This document shows positions 12,933-29,199 of a DNA stretch of 64,000 nucleotides, in pieces. Every line of letters begins with the position of its first letter. Position 1 is the first letter of the stretch. Source of the DNA: the human T2T-CHM13v2.0 reference genome, Homo sapiens; assembly GCF_009914755.1 (NCBI RefSeq), contig NC_060927.1, one strand, 5' to 3'. Position numbers and translations under genes: made by a program. Under the pieces are notes generated by a model, which was given only the letters and a program-made list of their open reading frames with translations, was not told the DNA's origin and did no database searches.

Positions 12933-13979
12933 CTTTAAAAAAAAAAAAAAAACTACAAAGGAAAAAATAAAAGCGTCATGATTTTCAAACAACGTAGTTC
13001 TGAATAAAGAAAATCCAAAAGCATATAAAATAAATATTACTTTGTACATGAATTTAATAAGGTCACTGTGTACAAAGTCAACACATACATGTGCACACAC
13101 ATACATAAACACAACACAAAAATACAATATTAAAAAATAAACGGAAAATAAATTACTCTTTAAAAAACAAAATTTTTAAAAAGTACAATATGAAATATCA
13201 AGAAATACCTCTACAAAATATATGCAACACTTCTTATAGAAAGCCCTACAACATTATTGAGAGAAACTAAACATACCCAAGTAGAGAAATAAACCTTGTT
13301 TATAGATTGGAACATCTAATATTGTAATAATGTAAATGTTCCCAAAATTGATCCATATGTCCAATGTCTAATTGTAGTAAAAATTGTAGCAGGTGTATGT
13401 GTGTATATTTTTGTATGCTTGTGTAAACTGAGAAGCTGTTTTAAAATTTCACGTAGAAATGAAAAGGCCCCAAAATAGCGAGGGCCTCTACTATCTTGAA
13501 GAAAGACATTCAAAGAACTTGTGCAATCATATATAAAGACTTATAAAGATACAGTAACTTAGATTTGGAATCGCTCAAGGAAAGATAATAGACCAGAAGA
13601 ACAAAATAGATAATCCAGAAATAGACCCACTCACAAATGAAGAAAAGATCAGCTTTTCAATAAAGGGTATTGGGTCAATTGGATATCCATAAGCAAAAAG
13701 AAATGAATATTGGCTTTTACATCATACATAGAAAATTAGTTTCTATTAAGTTATAGATTAAAAGATAAAAGTAATACAATAACACTTGTAAAAATTAATA
13801 TAGGAAAATATATTCTTGGCCTTGGAGTAGGAAAGCATTTATCAAACAGAACCACTAAAAAGATTAATCATGAAGAATAAGGCTGAAAACTGGACTTCTC
13901 TTCATCAAAAGCCATCATTAAGAAAATAAAAATACAAGCTACAGAGTGAGAGAATTTATGTAACTGACAAAGGACGCTA

Positions 13980-14825
<846 letters not shown>

Positions 14826-16899
14826 GACATATACAGAATCTATATAAAGCTTTATATCATTTTGACAAAGACAGAATTCAATAGAAAGAAAATAGTCCCA
14901 AGTCTTGAAATTATGGAAGTAGGTTAGTGTTACACTTTGTATGAACTCTATTAACCTACTTCTATATTCAGAGATTATGATGTTGGACAATAAATAATTT
15001 TAAAAAGTGCTAGAGGAGATTGCTAAGTGAGCTGGTTCTTAGGATAGAATTTGAAGAAGCAGAAAAGGGCAATAAATTAATGTCTAGCCTTTCCTCCCAG
15101 TTAAGAAGAAGCTTTCTCAAGTATGACCTATGTTTGGGGGTTCAGGTTGAGCCAGTGTTAATAACAACAGAGACATTTACTAGGTCATCTACTCAGCCCT
15201 CCTGATTCCTTGATTCTGGAAAACGTTCTATTTTCTGGGTAATGTCTCATAATATATTGTTAGAGCAGGAGCAGTCATGTTCATATAACATGATTCTCTG
15301 CTACTCTAAATGATAGATTAAAATGGGCCCAGTACTTAATCTGGAACAATCATCCCTTCCTCTAATTGGACCAACTGGATATTTTGAAATGGGCTTAGAT
15401 GTCATCTTTTTCTTTGTCTGGTTGACCAGACTGGGAATCAGAAATTCACAAGCTATTGTCAACCATGTTTTTCACTCTGTAGACTCAGAAGTAGATACTC
15501 AGCCTGCAGGGATGAAGAATACTGAAGTAAGATGCACATAATGGAGCTAAAGTGAAAAACATGGAAAGAAAATGGAGTGCCATCACATTTCTGGATTCAC
15601 CTTTTCCTTCAGCACAGGATATTTTCCTGCTTTATGAAACATCGTTGTATCCTCATATAGTCATTTTGGTGTAACTAGGTTTTTGAACATACAAATCAAA
15701 TACATTTAACTAACGCAATAATAAAAACAAAAAAACCCTGAATATTTAGTCCCAGGCAATGAGAGGCTCAATAGGAAAGTGATAGTCTGGAGCATATCGA
15801 TATTTAATATTTATTGATGATTTACTTTATCCCAATGATCATATGGTTAACTAATAACACATTTTATAGAAGAGAAATATGAAGCTTAAGTAATGTACTC
15901 AATTTCACACCAGACAAGAAAAGAGCTGTACTTTGAACCCAGGTTAGGCTAGGTTAACTAAAGCCTTTGCTTTTGGCCAGTATGCTCTATTAACTTCATC
16001 AAATTTAAGAAGATAAATGCTGAGCAAAATCCAGATTTGAAATGAAAGTCAGAGCAAGATATAGCGTGGAGACATCCTTGCATTCAAACATCAACTTCAT
16101 AACAGAGCTATGAACAAGCTGTGGGGCAAGAGAAGCTATTCAACAAACCAAACATGATTAGATATTTTAGATCAATGCCTTAAAAATTATTTTTAAGCAG
16201 AGCAAAGGACCTACCCAGCCTGTTACCACTTTTGTGAGATAAAATAATGAAGTATCAATATACAAATTTTTATGCACTTGACTTAGAGGTATTGTGCATT
16301 CATATTTTGACTGCATCCCATATATTTCTAAAGTCTAGTAATTAGATGCTTATAAGCCAACATTTTTGATGACACCAATACACATCACCACACATTGTAG
16401 GGTTGATGAATCCACTCACAACAAGCTAGATTAAGCATGATAGAGCTAAATTAACTCTTGTTTAGAAACAAAATCAAAAATTTATACAAATGAAAAAGAC
16501 TGTGAAAAAAATAACACTGATGTTATACCTGTAACAACAACCATCAAATCCTTCTGTAATAGTCTGAGAATTCCACCTCTCTGCTTTATATGAACTAGGA
16601 GCTCTACAATGTTGCGAAGGAGGTAACACTCTTAATAGAATAATATACAAGTGTCCCCATCAAACTATAGTTATATTCTTGTTTTTGTTTAGGAATATAA
16701 ATTATAGTAATTGTGAATATCACAACAATTTTGTCATGACTTTTAGTAAGCTGACAATCAAAAACTAAAATGTCTCTGGAACCGAGCAACATTGACCCAA
16801 AAGAAACAAAGAAAGTACTTTGAAGAAGTACATTTTGAAGAAAATTCACAGATCATGAGATACTTACAAGAAAACCTTGGTCTGAAATTGAAGAATTGC

Positions 16900-18000
16900 T
16901 ATTTCAGATATAAAAATCATCATGGGTTAGGCATAAGGAGGAAATAAAAATGAAAATGGCCTAACTACAGCAGACACCATATGGTAGAAAGAATGGAAAT
17001 AAAATTGTTTAGGTGAAAGGGGATGGATTGTGAAAGACTGAGCTATAAGCAGAGCAGCTTTGATTTAACATATTGGGCTTCAAGAATTATGGAAAGTTCT
17101 CAACTGGAAAAATAATGGGTTATATGTTAAGGAAATTTGTGGGGGCATCAGAGTGCAGGTTAGATGGAAGCTGGACACAGTGAAGGCACAGGACCACACA
17201 GAAAGCCTCCACATCAATTATACACTGCATGAAATGCTCTGAGAACAGTGATCACATGGGGCCTGGAGATGAATGATCTGGTCTGAAAAGCAGGAAAATG
17301 CAAGAGTCAAAACCTAGCAGAGTGGGGGTGTAGTGGTTCTAATCATGTAAATGAAGTAGAAAAATGACTGCAAATGAAATCTTACTCCAAGCAAAAATGT
17401 CAAATTTGTAGTAACTATGGAAATTTAAATAAATATACATTTTCAACTAGTTGAATAAGCAGCTGAGTTAGGACCAGGATAAGAGGTCAAGGCTGGAGAT
17501 GCAGATAAGAGAATTAGATAATGAAAGCAATGTTAATTGAATCCCTAAAGGGCAGCAAAATACATGTGTAGATTGAATATACAGAGGAAAGAAAAGGTTT
17601 GAGCACACAGATTTAGAAAACCTTATTGTTCGTAGGCAGAAGAAAAGAAGAGATCCTTTAAAAACAGAACAAGAAGGAAGGGCCAGAGTGGGGAAGAGTA
17701 AAGAGAAATAATGTAAGTGCAGAAGACAAAAGAATAAAGCATTTCAAGAAAAGCGAATGGCCTATGATGCAAAATGTTAGACTTCAAAGGAAAATAAAGC
17801 CTGGAGGAAAACCAGTGAAGAGTCAGGAAGGACATTTCAATATGTAGCAAGTGAAAATATTTGAGCAAAATGTAAAAACATAAGATTGATTATAGGGCTT
17901 CAGAAAATAAGTAGGTAGGAAATGGAGGCAGAGGTACAGATGGAAGGTTCAAGGGGTTGGGAGCAAAAAGGGAGACAGTCTAAACAGGAGTTAGAAAGAT
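16900..18000 (-). mobile_element. L2 fragment, highly diverged
   Basis: Purine-rich tract with antisense-L2-like phrases, e.g. 'gagaggtcaaggctggagatgcagataagagaatt'. Confidence 0.55.
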
Positions 18001-20019
18001 GCATTAGCAATACCAAGCAAGGATTGAATTAAGAGAGGTTATCCTCTAAACACAAAGGGTGCTTAAGTAGATGAAAGTTCTTTATTAATTATGCTGTGCA
18101 ATGTCCTATTTTGTCAAGAAGAGTTTTAATAAAACAATTGATGAGCAGCATCTTGACATTTTAGAGTTTGTAAACTAATGTTTTCTCTTTAAGCCTAAGT
18201 AAAAATATTAACTGCTGGAGGAGATATTCCTCCATGACATATTTAGCAAAATGTTATCTTATTAACAGCTTCATTAATCCATGCATTCAACCATCATATA
18301 GAGTCTGTCTCAGTTTTTGTCATTCTGAATGAGGGCATCTGTTAATTTCTGCCATCACTGAGCCATTTTACATTTGTTCTAAATGGATTTCATCTTATTG
18401 GTTTTAACCAATTTCTCAAATTTAATCAGGGTATAATGTGTGCTGATCCAAACCCACATCATGTTGCAGTGCCGTTATACTTGTTACATATTTAAATTAT
18501 GCTTTTCATATTCTTTTACTTGTTTTTATTAGTTGTTAATGACAGTATTCATTAATATTATATTTAGAGGTGTGTTATTAAAGACTCAGTACAACATGTC
18601 CTTCCAGATTGACAGTAGCCTATCAATGCTTCCTAGAAGGGTGGTATTCAATTATTTTTCAGCTGTTCAATCTATATGATTGTCACTTCTTTCCAGTCAA
18701 CATTGTTACTTTCCTTCTGTTAATTGTTAGACCTGCGTCTCATTAATTCATTAGTTTTCCATTATTGCACTGGGAAAAAATGAACTTATTTGGCCTGATT
18801 TGTTTGCCTAAAACATATTTGGCTTCATTGTGATAGCAGATGGGTATAAAAATGTATGCATGTATATGCTTTGCCTCTCTTCTTGGCAAGTGAATTAGTC
18901 CACAACATTTTCTGTAGCCCATCTCACATTTAATGTCACAGAAGGGATTCATCTCTTGGCAATGAACATTAGTAGCCTGAAGAAAGGGGGTCATAAATCC
19001 CATTTTCATTTTTTATTAAAATCATACTATGTCAGGGTGTAATTTTCTTTTTGTGATACAGTGTAATTTATTCACTGACCTTGGACCATGTTCCTTTGCT
19101 AATCTGAAAGGTTGAATCAGTGTACTAACGATTTCTGCAACTTGACACAGTTTCTTCTAATATAAAGCCTTCAAAAGCTCAGCTTTTAGCTGAATACTTA
19201 ACAATGAAAGGAATAATATTGGTGAATTTTAATGAGAAAAGAAAAAGCCAGGGCAAATTTTTTGAAAATGAGACAAAATCTGTGAGTCACACAGAAAAAT
19301 GTTTTTTATTAAATATAAAATATATTTATTTTTTATATTTATATAAACCTTCTATAAACCTACTACCCACAGACTGAAATATCAATCTAACCAACCTCAT
19401 TTACTATCTTTAGCCTCTTAGGTTTCAGTCTATCCATTATCTTGCTGTCCGTAATTCCTAAACAAATATGAAAACAAAACAAAACATGAAGGGACTCTAT
19501 GAATAAATAAAATGGCTAAACCTGAGTTTCCTATAATAATTTCAGTTTTCTTTTTAAATGAAAGTTTAGTCATTACTAATAACTTTAAAAAAAAGCCACA
19601 TCTATTTGTTGGCACTCTGATGTAAAAGTTTGAAAAGGTAAAGAACACGTGGTCATTTTGGTAGCTGAGAGTGATGGTTGCACAATGGCTCCAGACTGTG
19701 GCCAATGTAATCTATCTTCTGGTACAGGCTTGCTACCTGTAACACTTACTTTCTACCACATGGCAGCCCTGATTCAATTCAAAGTTCAACCATTAGCTGT
19801 CAATTTCCTGCCTTGTTTTAGGTCAGTCTCATCTATTTGGCAAAACCCCAAACCCAGATTAATTTTTCAGCCTTCTTTCCCTTCTAATCCAAAGTAACCA
19901 ATTCCTGGTGAAAATCATAATGCTACACCATATATTCATGGTCTTATTATAAATAATAAGCCAACAACTCAGAATTAGATATTTGTGTAGCTATGTAGAT
20001 GTGAATCAAAAGCATGAGC

Positions 20020-20265
20020 ATTATTTTTTAAACTATAGGTCAAGCCATTAGTAAAGTAAGTTGTAAAATTAGTTTAGTTGTAGGGACAAGCATTTTTATT
20101 TTGTAGCAAAATATGAGAGTAGACAATAAAAATCAGACTGGTTTGCTTGGAGTAAACCAAAAATATTGTTTCTTAAAATATATTTTAGTTATGAATGTGC
20201 ATCATGGGTTATACTGTAAAATGAAATTCTTGCTGTGATTTATGGCCAAAATAGTTTCCTGGTCT
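20020..20265. mobile_element. hAT-Charlie MITE remnant (MER112-like)
   Basis: 'gtaaaattagtttagttg...caagcattttt' and 'tgggttatactgtaaaatgaaattcttgctgtg...ggccaaaatagttt'; family assignment uncertain. Confidence 0.45.
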
Positions 20266-20277
20266 AGAACTATACAG

Positions 20278-20925
20278 GATATTGGTGATGATGCGGAACA
20301 ATTGGAATGCTTAGGCACCGCTGGTGGAGATGTAAAATAGATTAATCACTACTTTAGAAAAAAACTACAGTTTCTCATAAAGTTAAAGATATACTTACCA
20401 TATGACCCAACAACTCCACTTCTAAGTATTTACACAAGATTAAAAATAGATATGACCAAAAATATTTTGTTCATAGGTGCTTTATTCACAAGAGCCAAAT
20501 AACACTGGAAATAACCCAAATATCCATCAACTGATGAACTGATAAACAATTTGTAGTACATCCATAAAATGGATTACTTTTCAGCTATTAAGTGTTCTAA
20601 CTATTTATACATGCAATGAAAATCAATAAAATATTATGCTGTATGCAATAGCCAAAAATACAGTATATTTTTACATTTATATGAGCTTAGAAAAGTCAAA
20701 AACTGTAGTGACAGAAAGGTCAGTAGTTGCCAGAAAATAGGAATGAGGGAAGGTTTATGATTACAAAGGGTCATAAGGCAACTCTTGAGTAAATGGAAAT
20801 GTTCTATATCATCATTGCGGTTGAGAATACACAGCTGTATACATTGCTCAACATTCATCAAAATATACATCAAAAATTAGTAAATAGTGTGTGTAAAGTA
20901 TCTATTAATAAAGCTGAATTTTAAA
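20278..20925 (+). mobile_element. L1ME/L1MC ORF2 end and 3'UTR
   Basis: 'gctggtggagatgtaaaat', 'ttaccatatgacccaacaactccacttcta', 'cccaaatatccatcaact', terminal aataaag. Confidence 0.8.
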
Positions 20926-22609
20926 ACACCAAGGAAAAAACACGTTTTTATAGGTCTTTTCATATGCCGGAAATGATAAATCTATTCTACAGTAACTATA
21001 GTATTGCTAGTTTTTTTTTTTACTTTTTAATAGTAAATATAAGTAATGCATAGAAACTTTTCACTACACTTTATAATTTTCCTCTATTTCAGCTAAATTC
21101 ATTTTCTGTTTATGTAAATATAAGCACACTGCATTAGATTAAACCTTAACTACATCTGAATGTGGTAGATGGAGAGGATTGTAACTTTCCTCATAAGTTA
21201 TATGTTACTTTGTGAATCCGAGAGAAGCATTGTTTTCCCTTTTATTGGAGTGAGGCTTTGTGGGCTTCCTTTTTCTTGTGTGAAAAAGTTGGACTAGACA
21301 ATATGAATCCATTTAAAAATTAGTCTTCTGGTTATTAAATAGATTTTCTATGACAGTGAGTTCAAAGGTTAATTTCCTAGTTATTGATCTTTTTCAGAAA
21401 GAATTTCTTTGTAATTATTCTCCGCTTTGCCCTCTGAAAATTGCTTCAACCTAGTCTTTAAAGAGTTTTTTTGAGTCTATCCATCTTCCACCCACTCCTC
21501 TTCCCTTAACAACGGATCCCACTAAAATCTGAATAGCTGACTAAGCAATAGCTATCTTTTAACAGCAGAGACTCTCCAGGGGAAGATCAGATTGTACTGT
21601 GAACTGCACAAATAAGTAGGCAAAACTGAGCAGCGTCACTCCCCTTGAATAAGAAAATTTCTATGAAAACCAATCAACTAAGACTCATAACTACAGATGG
21701 CTTGGCAAAAAATATGGTCATAATAAAATTAAATATCCTATGTAATGATTTTTATGTTTTCAAATTAAGTATAAAATATATGTGTACATTTTAGCTTTCC
21801 TTTATTTGATCTTTAGTGTGGAACCCCTTAGGGACAAACTGTGATGTTGACTGTAATTGTATGAAAGCTCATACACTATAGTGGTTCATCTGTCAGTCAT
21901 AATAAAGATACCGTACAATACTTTAGAGAGTTTGGATTGTTTTAATATGTAGCTTATTTTCTTAATTGATGCTATTGCACAAAATTTTCAACGAATCTAT
22001 AAAAACACATATCTCCACAAAAACAGAAATTTTGTTTATTCTAATTGTTTATATAAGCCTTAAAACACCAAATGGCCTAAAGTTATTGCGATTTGATACT
22101 GCTAACAAATGGTTCTGTTGGGATATGAATGTTCCCTAATGATAGATAGGTCATACTGGCTTATGGTCGCTGATACACATGCCTGAATCTGTCTAGATCC
22201 AAACTCTTTGTATACAATAGGATCACCTGTTTTGTGGGAATTAAGTTCTAAACGAGGCAGCCAAATTCTCTTAAACTTGAAATTCATCCATCCATAAGTA
22301 CATACATAGCTGGAGGTATACAACATGGTATCATCTTTCTTATTAAAGGAAAAAATAAAATTCTAGACATTTATACTACTTGTGTCAGTAAGACAGCATC
22401 ACAGCCCTAGGAGTAGATAGTAGAGAGGCACCTGAAGGTTTTACTGCATATTCTTTAAATATTATCCTTCCTAACTACAATACATTTTAATAAATATGTT
22501 TGTTGCTGTAAGGAATAAGTGAAACACCAAGTTCCACTTTATAAAAAATTAGATGCTAAAGTCTGGACAAGCTGAAAAAAATGTACACATGGTTCTGCTC
22601 CATTGTTTT

Positions 22610-22806
22610 TCTCATTTTTCAGCATTATTAAGGTATAATTGGAAAATAAAAATTTTATATATTTATGGTGTATAACATGATGTTTTGATATATTGTAAAA
22701 TGATTAAACCAAGCCAATTAACATATCCATCACCTCACCTACTCATTTTTTTGTGGTGAGAACATTTAAGATGTACTCTTTTAGCAATTTTCAAGTATAA
22801 AATGCA
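22610..22806 (-). mobile_element. L1MA (MA8/9-like) 3' terminal fragment
   Basis: 'attaacatatccatcacctcac...tttgtggtgagaacatttaagatgtactcttttagcaattttcaagtata'. Confidence 0.8.
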
Positions 22807-23739
22807 TTTCTTTTGAATTATATGGAAGTTAAAGTAGTTTGCATAAGAATAAGAACATCGAAGGACATATATCTTATGCATTGTCAGTCATAAGTGCAGT
22901 CTTGATCACCCCCATCCGAAGATTAATAAGTGCAATACACAGGGATTTTTCCTACACCATCAAGACTCTCATATAGAATCAAAATATCTCAAAGACTTAC
23001 TCAGAAGTACAATCTGGAATTAAGAATGTATCAATAGTTATAGTCAAAATAATCACAAACTACTTCTGGTATGGTACGCTCTATTGTAGGGTAGTAAGTA
23101 TAAAAAACCTATTTGAATGATGATAGATTTTTTGAAATCTTGTTCAGATTTTATTTTTTAAAAACGCATTTGTGGCATGTGAGAAAGTAGATCCAACACT
23201 GCAGGAAAGTGTGCCCGAGTAAAGACAACATATGGCAATAGACAGGGTGATCAAAGCAGGGGGAAGAAATGCCAGAGTGGTGGGCACACCACTTACCTGT
23301 TTCATCTGCCTGTTGTTGGACCTCATTTGTCCAAGAAGTGCTTACTTTTGCATACATACATAGTCAATCCATTCAATCATAGTGGCTTTAAACCTTAGCC
23401 AAGGCACTTAACATTTTAAACTGGCTCTATTTTAGCTTCGTAGGATATGGCTTAGAGAATTTCTTTCTTTGCTCCCAAAGGTGTATCTGAATACGCTGTG
23501 AGAGCAGCACTGACAGGCAGACTTAGAGAAGCAAGCTATTCCATCATCTGTTTCCCAATTCCTATTATTCTCCTGCTTCCTTCCTGTGTATCTCCTAAAG
23601 GCTTTCTAAAATACCTCAATATCAATAATATTTAGAAATATTTTTAAAAGCACATGGCTTACATTCTTAGACATGTTCATATACACTGAGTATTTTTTGT
23701 ATTGCACCAGAAGTTATTGTTTGTGTGTGAATACGTGAA

Positions 23740-24330
23740 CATAAGTTATCAACACCTCGAACCATGTCTTCAACACATTTTGAACATGGAACATATTCAC
23801 CTGGCTAAATTTTTATACATAAAAAGTGATATTCTATAAAGTCACATTCCCACACCTGTCACTCATCCAACCTCTTCTCTGTCCCTATGATAGGTAAGCA
23901 CTATTGTTAGTTTCTTGGGTATCCTGCCAGAATTTACCTAGGGAGATATGAGCACATTTGAATTTATTTTTATCCCTTCATTTAACACAAATGTAAAAAC
24001 AGCATTCTCTTCCTTTCTGTTTCCATTGTTCTGTGCATCCTGCTTTTCTTTTTAAACAAGAGATCCTTCTGTATCAGTATATAAGGAGCATAATTATTTT
24101 TGTCTAGCTGTATAGTATAACCTTATATGGTTGTCTGTTATTACATATGCTATTACATCATTTCATATGTGTGCACCTAAATTTGTAGAATATATTTTCA
24201 AAAATGGAAATGTTGAACAAATATATAAATTTTTAATATTGATAAATATTGCCAAGTTCCTTTTATAGAGGTTATGTCAATTTATACTTCCTCCAGCAAC
24301 AGGTAAGAGAATTGTGCCTTTGCTTAACCA
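23740..24330 (-). mobile_element. L1ME 3' region fragment
   Basis: 'ttagtttcttgggtatcctgccaga' and 'ttttgataaatattgccaa...caatttatacttcctccagcaac' are antisense L1ME-like. Confidence 0.6.
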
Positions 24331-27300
24331 CTGCCATCCTATTAAACATGGTATAGTAGAAAGAGTACTAAGTTTAGATTTTAACCAACTCTGCGATTTA
24401 TAAGCTGTGTATTGGGCAAGTCGTTTTTTTAAAACTTAGTATTTTCATCTGTAAAATAAAGATGTGACCAGTCACTTTACAAAGTTATCATGAGTAGAGT
24501 TAGTGTAGTTCTACCAACATTTTTCATCCATGAGAGTGCAAGTTATGTCTTCCATTCTTCCAATGTTCCTTCAAGATCTCAATATTCTATGAGACTGTTC
24601 TTGTTCTTATACACATTCAAAGAGGTTTTAGTAAAAGTTGAAGAAGGGAAAATCCATGTTAATATTTTTTATGTAATTCAGGAAACCTACTAATCACCTT
24701 ACACAATAAGTGGTCACAAAACTGGACTGAATCAGATGACTAGAAGAACTAAATGGCTCCATAATGTCTACCCTGTTGGAATTTGATGCTATTCATATTT
24801 AATTAGCTATCCCATGCATCTGAGAGAAGGTGAGAAGAGAGTGTTGATGACATGATAATAAATGTATACAGTCTATTCTTTACATTTTGTTCTGATAGGT
24901 ATCATTGCCAAGTAATATAATCTACTCACTTTGATATTATTGGTTTCATTTTTAAAATTAAATCTTTTGTTTGCTTGCTTATTTTGTTATCAGTGATGAG
25001 GTGTGAGGTTTGGGGATTTTCACAGAGAAAGAAATAGTTCCCACGAGGGCAGTGTAGTTCAAGTAAAGTAAGAGAGATGAGGTCCATCTGTCCACAGCAC
25101 GGCGTTCAGAATTAAGCCTACTTCCCCAGCTGTTAATGGCAAATCAGCCACAGGGACAGGTACAGGCAATGCAACAGCAGTTACTACGACTTGCTGTGAT
25201 TTGCCGTGGGATATTAATATGTTGAACAAATATTGATCCCTTGTGGTGTACCTCATAGCAGCATCCAAAGATATGCATGATAATCCCCTGTTCATTTCAC
25301 ATGTGAGAAAGAGAATACAATATACAATGACCAAGTTTTATAACAATCCAAGAGAAAAGTTGATAAGAGATCTGGAAGAGCTCCTGGTCACAAAATAACA
25401 TCACATCATATGCACGCACTCAAGTCCTTCATTAGTTACATCTGCTAAAATTGCTTTCAATACACAGTATCTGGCATGAGATGGAAGAGAAAAAAGGCAA
25501 CCAGCAGGAAACAGAAAGCCTTCCAATTTAATGACATTTTCCTTAAAAATAAAAAAGAGTTACAATAGGCAAACTTGAAAAAAATTATACAAACACAAAA
25601 AGCAATTTTCTTAGCTACTTATTTTCAGCCTCATACTGTTATTTTAGTACTGAGTTGGAAAACGGCTTCTTTCTTTACTCACTACATTTGTTTTGAGCTG
25701 GATACTGAAGTCAAGGTGTATTGAAGTAGAGGAGAGGAGAACCTATTTTTATACAAAACAGCATGTGGCCCTAAGTACCTACTTTTTGATCACCAGGTTA
25801 CAAACAAGCTGAGAATGGAGTCCTATCTTTAAGACAATCTAGTCCTAGGGCTTCAATTTATAGGTGGTGAAATTGAGGTCTGGAAAAATTATGTGACTTG
25901 CTCATTAGTGTGCAAGCTAGATGAATACTGTACATCACATACATATCCCAAGCTATTGGAAATCAAACTAAAGAATTATTTAAAGCCATATATCTGAAAA
26001 GGATGCAGGAACACAAAAATACATCATTTAGCCCTGTTCTGCCTCTGATAGAGGCACAAAAGATACTTTCTGTAAATCTTGGTAGTCCTAAGAGCCGCTA
26101 ACCTCAGAGAGCTATGTGCTTTTCTTAAGCAACTACAGATAAATCAGCATATTTGGAACCTAATTAAATTTTTGACTTCTCCAACTATTGTGATAATCAA
26201 GTGTTTATAATTGGTTTTCTAAAACTAGAAGTTAGGTAAACAAAAGTGAGTAATTAATCCTCAAGGAATTCCTCCTGCTATCTGAAAGACAGAGCGTTAT
26301 AATCCAGTGAACTCTGGGAGTTGAAAAGAAAGCAGTCACATAACCTAAAGAGAGGGAGCAGATTCACAAAGCTGTAGAACAGTCTTTTCCTTGTCTTAAA
26401 TTTACCTTCTATGAACTTCAAGAAACTGGCTCCAATATTACACAGTTTGAACCTGCTTATGCTCTCCCTAGATAAAGCCTTCATTATTTACTAACATAAA
26501 ATCATTTATTTTTATTCAATTTTCCTATTCTTTTCCATCAATTCTCTCTCACACATCTGAGAATGCTGATTCTAGGGAGGCAGAGCTTTCTTCTTAGAAT
26601 GCTTGTCTGTTCTGTGACTGGGTCTTGGAGAGGTAAGGATAGGTTAAATCTCTCCCTATAACAAAGAGCTGCATCCCTTTACAAGAGGAGTGACAGAAAT
26701 GTCTTTCCCTCACAAATTTTCAGAGGCCCTTAATCACACCCTTAATAAATTGAAGGATTTTTAAAAAATGATATTGATGATGAAGCTAAGATGTATATGT
26801 AAGACATATAATTATGTAAAAATTTGACTGTATTTTAACCAGTCTTTTGAGTACCTGTTTGTCTTCTTTCACTGTATCCTCAGATTAAACCTCACAGTGA
26901 GGACAGTGACACAACACAGATTCCAAACATAGGTCCAGTATCTTAGATGTGTTCTACAGAAGAAGGGTAAAGAGCAAATGACAAGTTTCACACATGATTC
27001 TTTCAGATATTTAAATACTGAATGCAATATGATTGACATCCCATCTAGTCTAGACTTTCAGTCTTAAATTCCAGTGCCTTTTACCAAAAAGAATCCATTC
27101 ACAAGATGTTCAATGAGTTCTCAGAATGCCTGCAACTCTATCACAAAGCCCCATCTGCAGAAAGGTCACTACTGTAGGCATCATGCAAAAATCTGCCTTT
27201 TGTTACTGGATTCAGTTTGAATTTTTAAAAACATCTTTTATAGAAATAAGTGAAACTCCCTGCTGATTGAGATTTCTTTCAACCAGAATAGCCTAAATGT

Positions 27301-27811
27301 TGCAGAGCGTTATTCCTCAGAATATTCTTTCATTGGCTTTTCTTTGGGAAAAAAAATTACTGGCAGGTCAGTTGTGGCCTTTGTGTGTATATGAATGCAT
27401 GAGAGTTAAATGTGCAAAGAACTTTATATGCTTTTTCCTCATTTAATCCTCTAAGAAATATTATGAGATGAAGTGTTATTATCTCTACTTTACAGGTGAG
27501 GAAACCAGAGCTTAGGGAAGAGTAAGCAACTTGTGCCAGATCAGATATTCAATGATGAAGGAATAAGTTGAAGTAAGCAATCTGATTCCAAAGACAGTAC
27601 CTGTAATTTCTTCTGGCAGTCATGAAAATAAGGTAAAAAGCACTCCCTTTCCTCTAAATATTGTCACGAATGTATGATCATGAGTGATCAAAGGAAACTA
27701 GAAATCATTTTAACCAATGTCTTTATTCCACAGTTGACAAAATGTGGAAACTTCTTTTAAATGTCTCTCTTTATTTCTACTGACATAACATAAATTATAA
27801 GAATCTATGTG

Positions 27812-28165
<354 letters not shown>

Positions 28166-29199
28166 TTAAATACTCTTGCTTTAAAAACAAATTTAAATAT
28201 GTAAAAAATATAATAGCTATGAAAACATTCATTTTATATTGCTTTGTGGCCACTTCCAAGCTTTATGTATAACAAATAATGTATACAATAGAGGTGATCA
28301 TATCATCATAGTGCGTATTATTTTTCTCAAAGTATATAGTTTTCCATGTATCTTGACAGTCTGCATATTCATCATTTCAATGGCTATGTAATATTCCATC
28401 AAACTGATGTACCATAAAACTAATTCACCATTTTAATAAAACATCTGACTTTATTTACTAAATGCAAACTAAGTTTGTGTGAGCATGTATTAAAAATTGC
28501 TAGACATATTTTCAATGAAAAAAATCATTCTAGAAATAGGCAGATTATTATCTATGTTCCACAAACCAGATTTGAGAGCAATGCCTTAATGAAATGCATC
28601 TAGCCTTATTTATTCTGATTTGAAATTTTGAGGTCTACCATAGCAATTTTATATCTGTCATCTGTAATACAGATTATTGTTATTATGATTATATATCAAG
28701 CTTTGTGGATGCACCCTGTACTTCATGAATATATCATAAAGTAGGTATCTGCCCCCCAACATTTATGAACTCAAAGAAAACAATGGGTAAATATAACTGT
28801 GCACATTGAACACAGATGCATTTTAGTAGATGAAGACCTCATAGAAAATGTAAGATTTGGAGAATAATTTTAAGTGAGGGAAGAAAGGATCCTAGATAAA
28901 GAATAAATTTATAGCGATAGCATGTCTAGGTTTATTTTTAACTGATGGACTTGATTGAGTGTTTCTCTCAAACACATGATTTAACTTCTGCAATTCTCTA
29001 TTATCTGAGAGGAGCTTATCTGCCTGCTGTGAGCAATTTAACTCTTAAAAGAGTAGCTTTTCTGTTTACTTATCCACAACTGACTTGATTCTACTGTCCC
29101 TGAGATATTAGCACCTGTGATACCGAAGTCAACTTTAGTTTAATGTATCTATAAGGAGTTAGCAATCCTCCACAAAAGAGGTTCTAATTTTCACTTGCT

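Noticed and set aside
23290-23302. Perfect minus-strand donor CAG|GTAAGT (similar weaker site near 47058)
   Set aside because: No convincing paired acceptor; isolated consensus donors are expected by chance in 64 kb.
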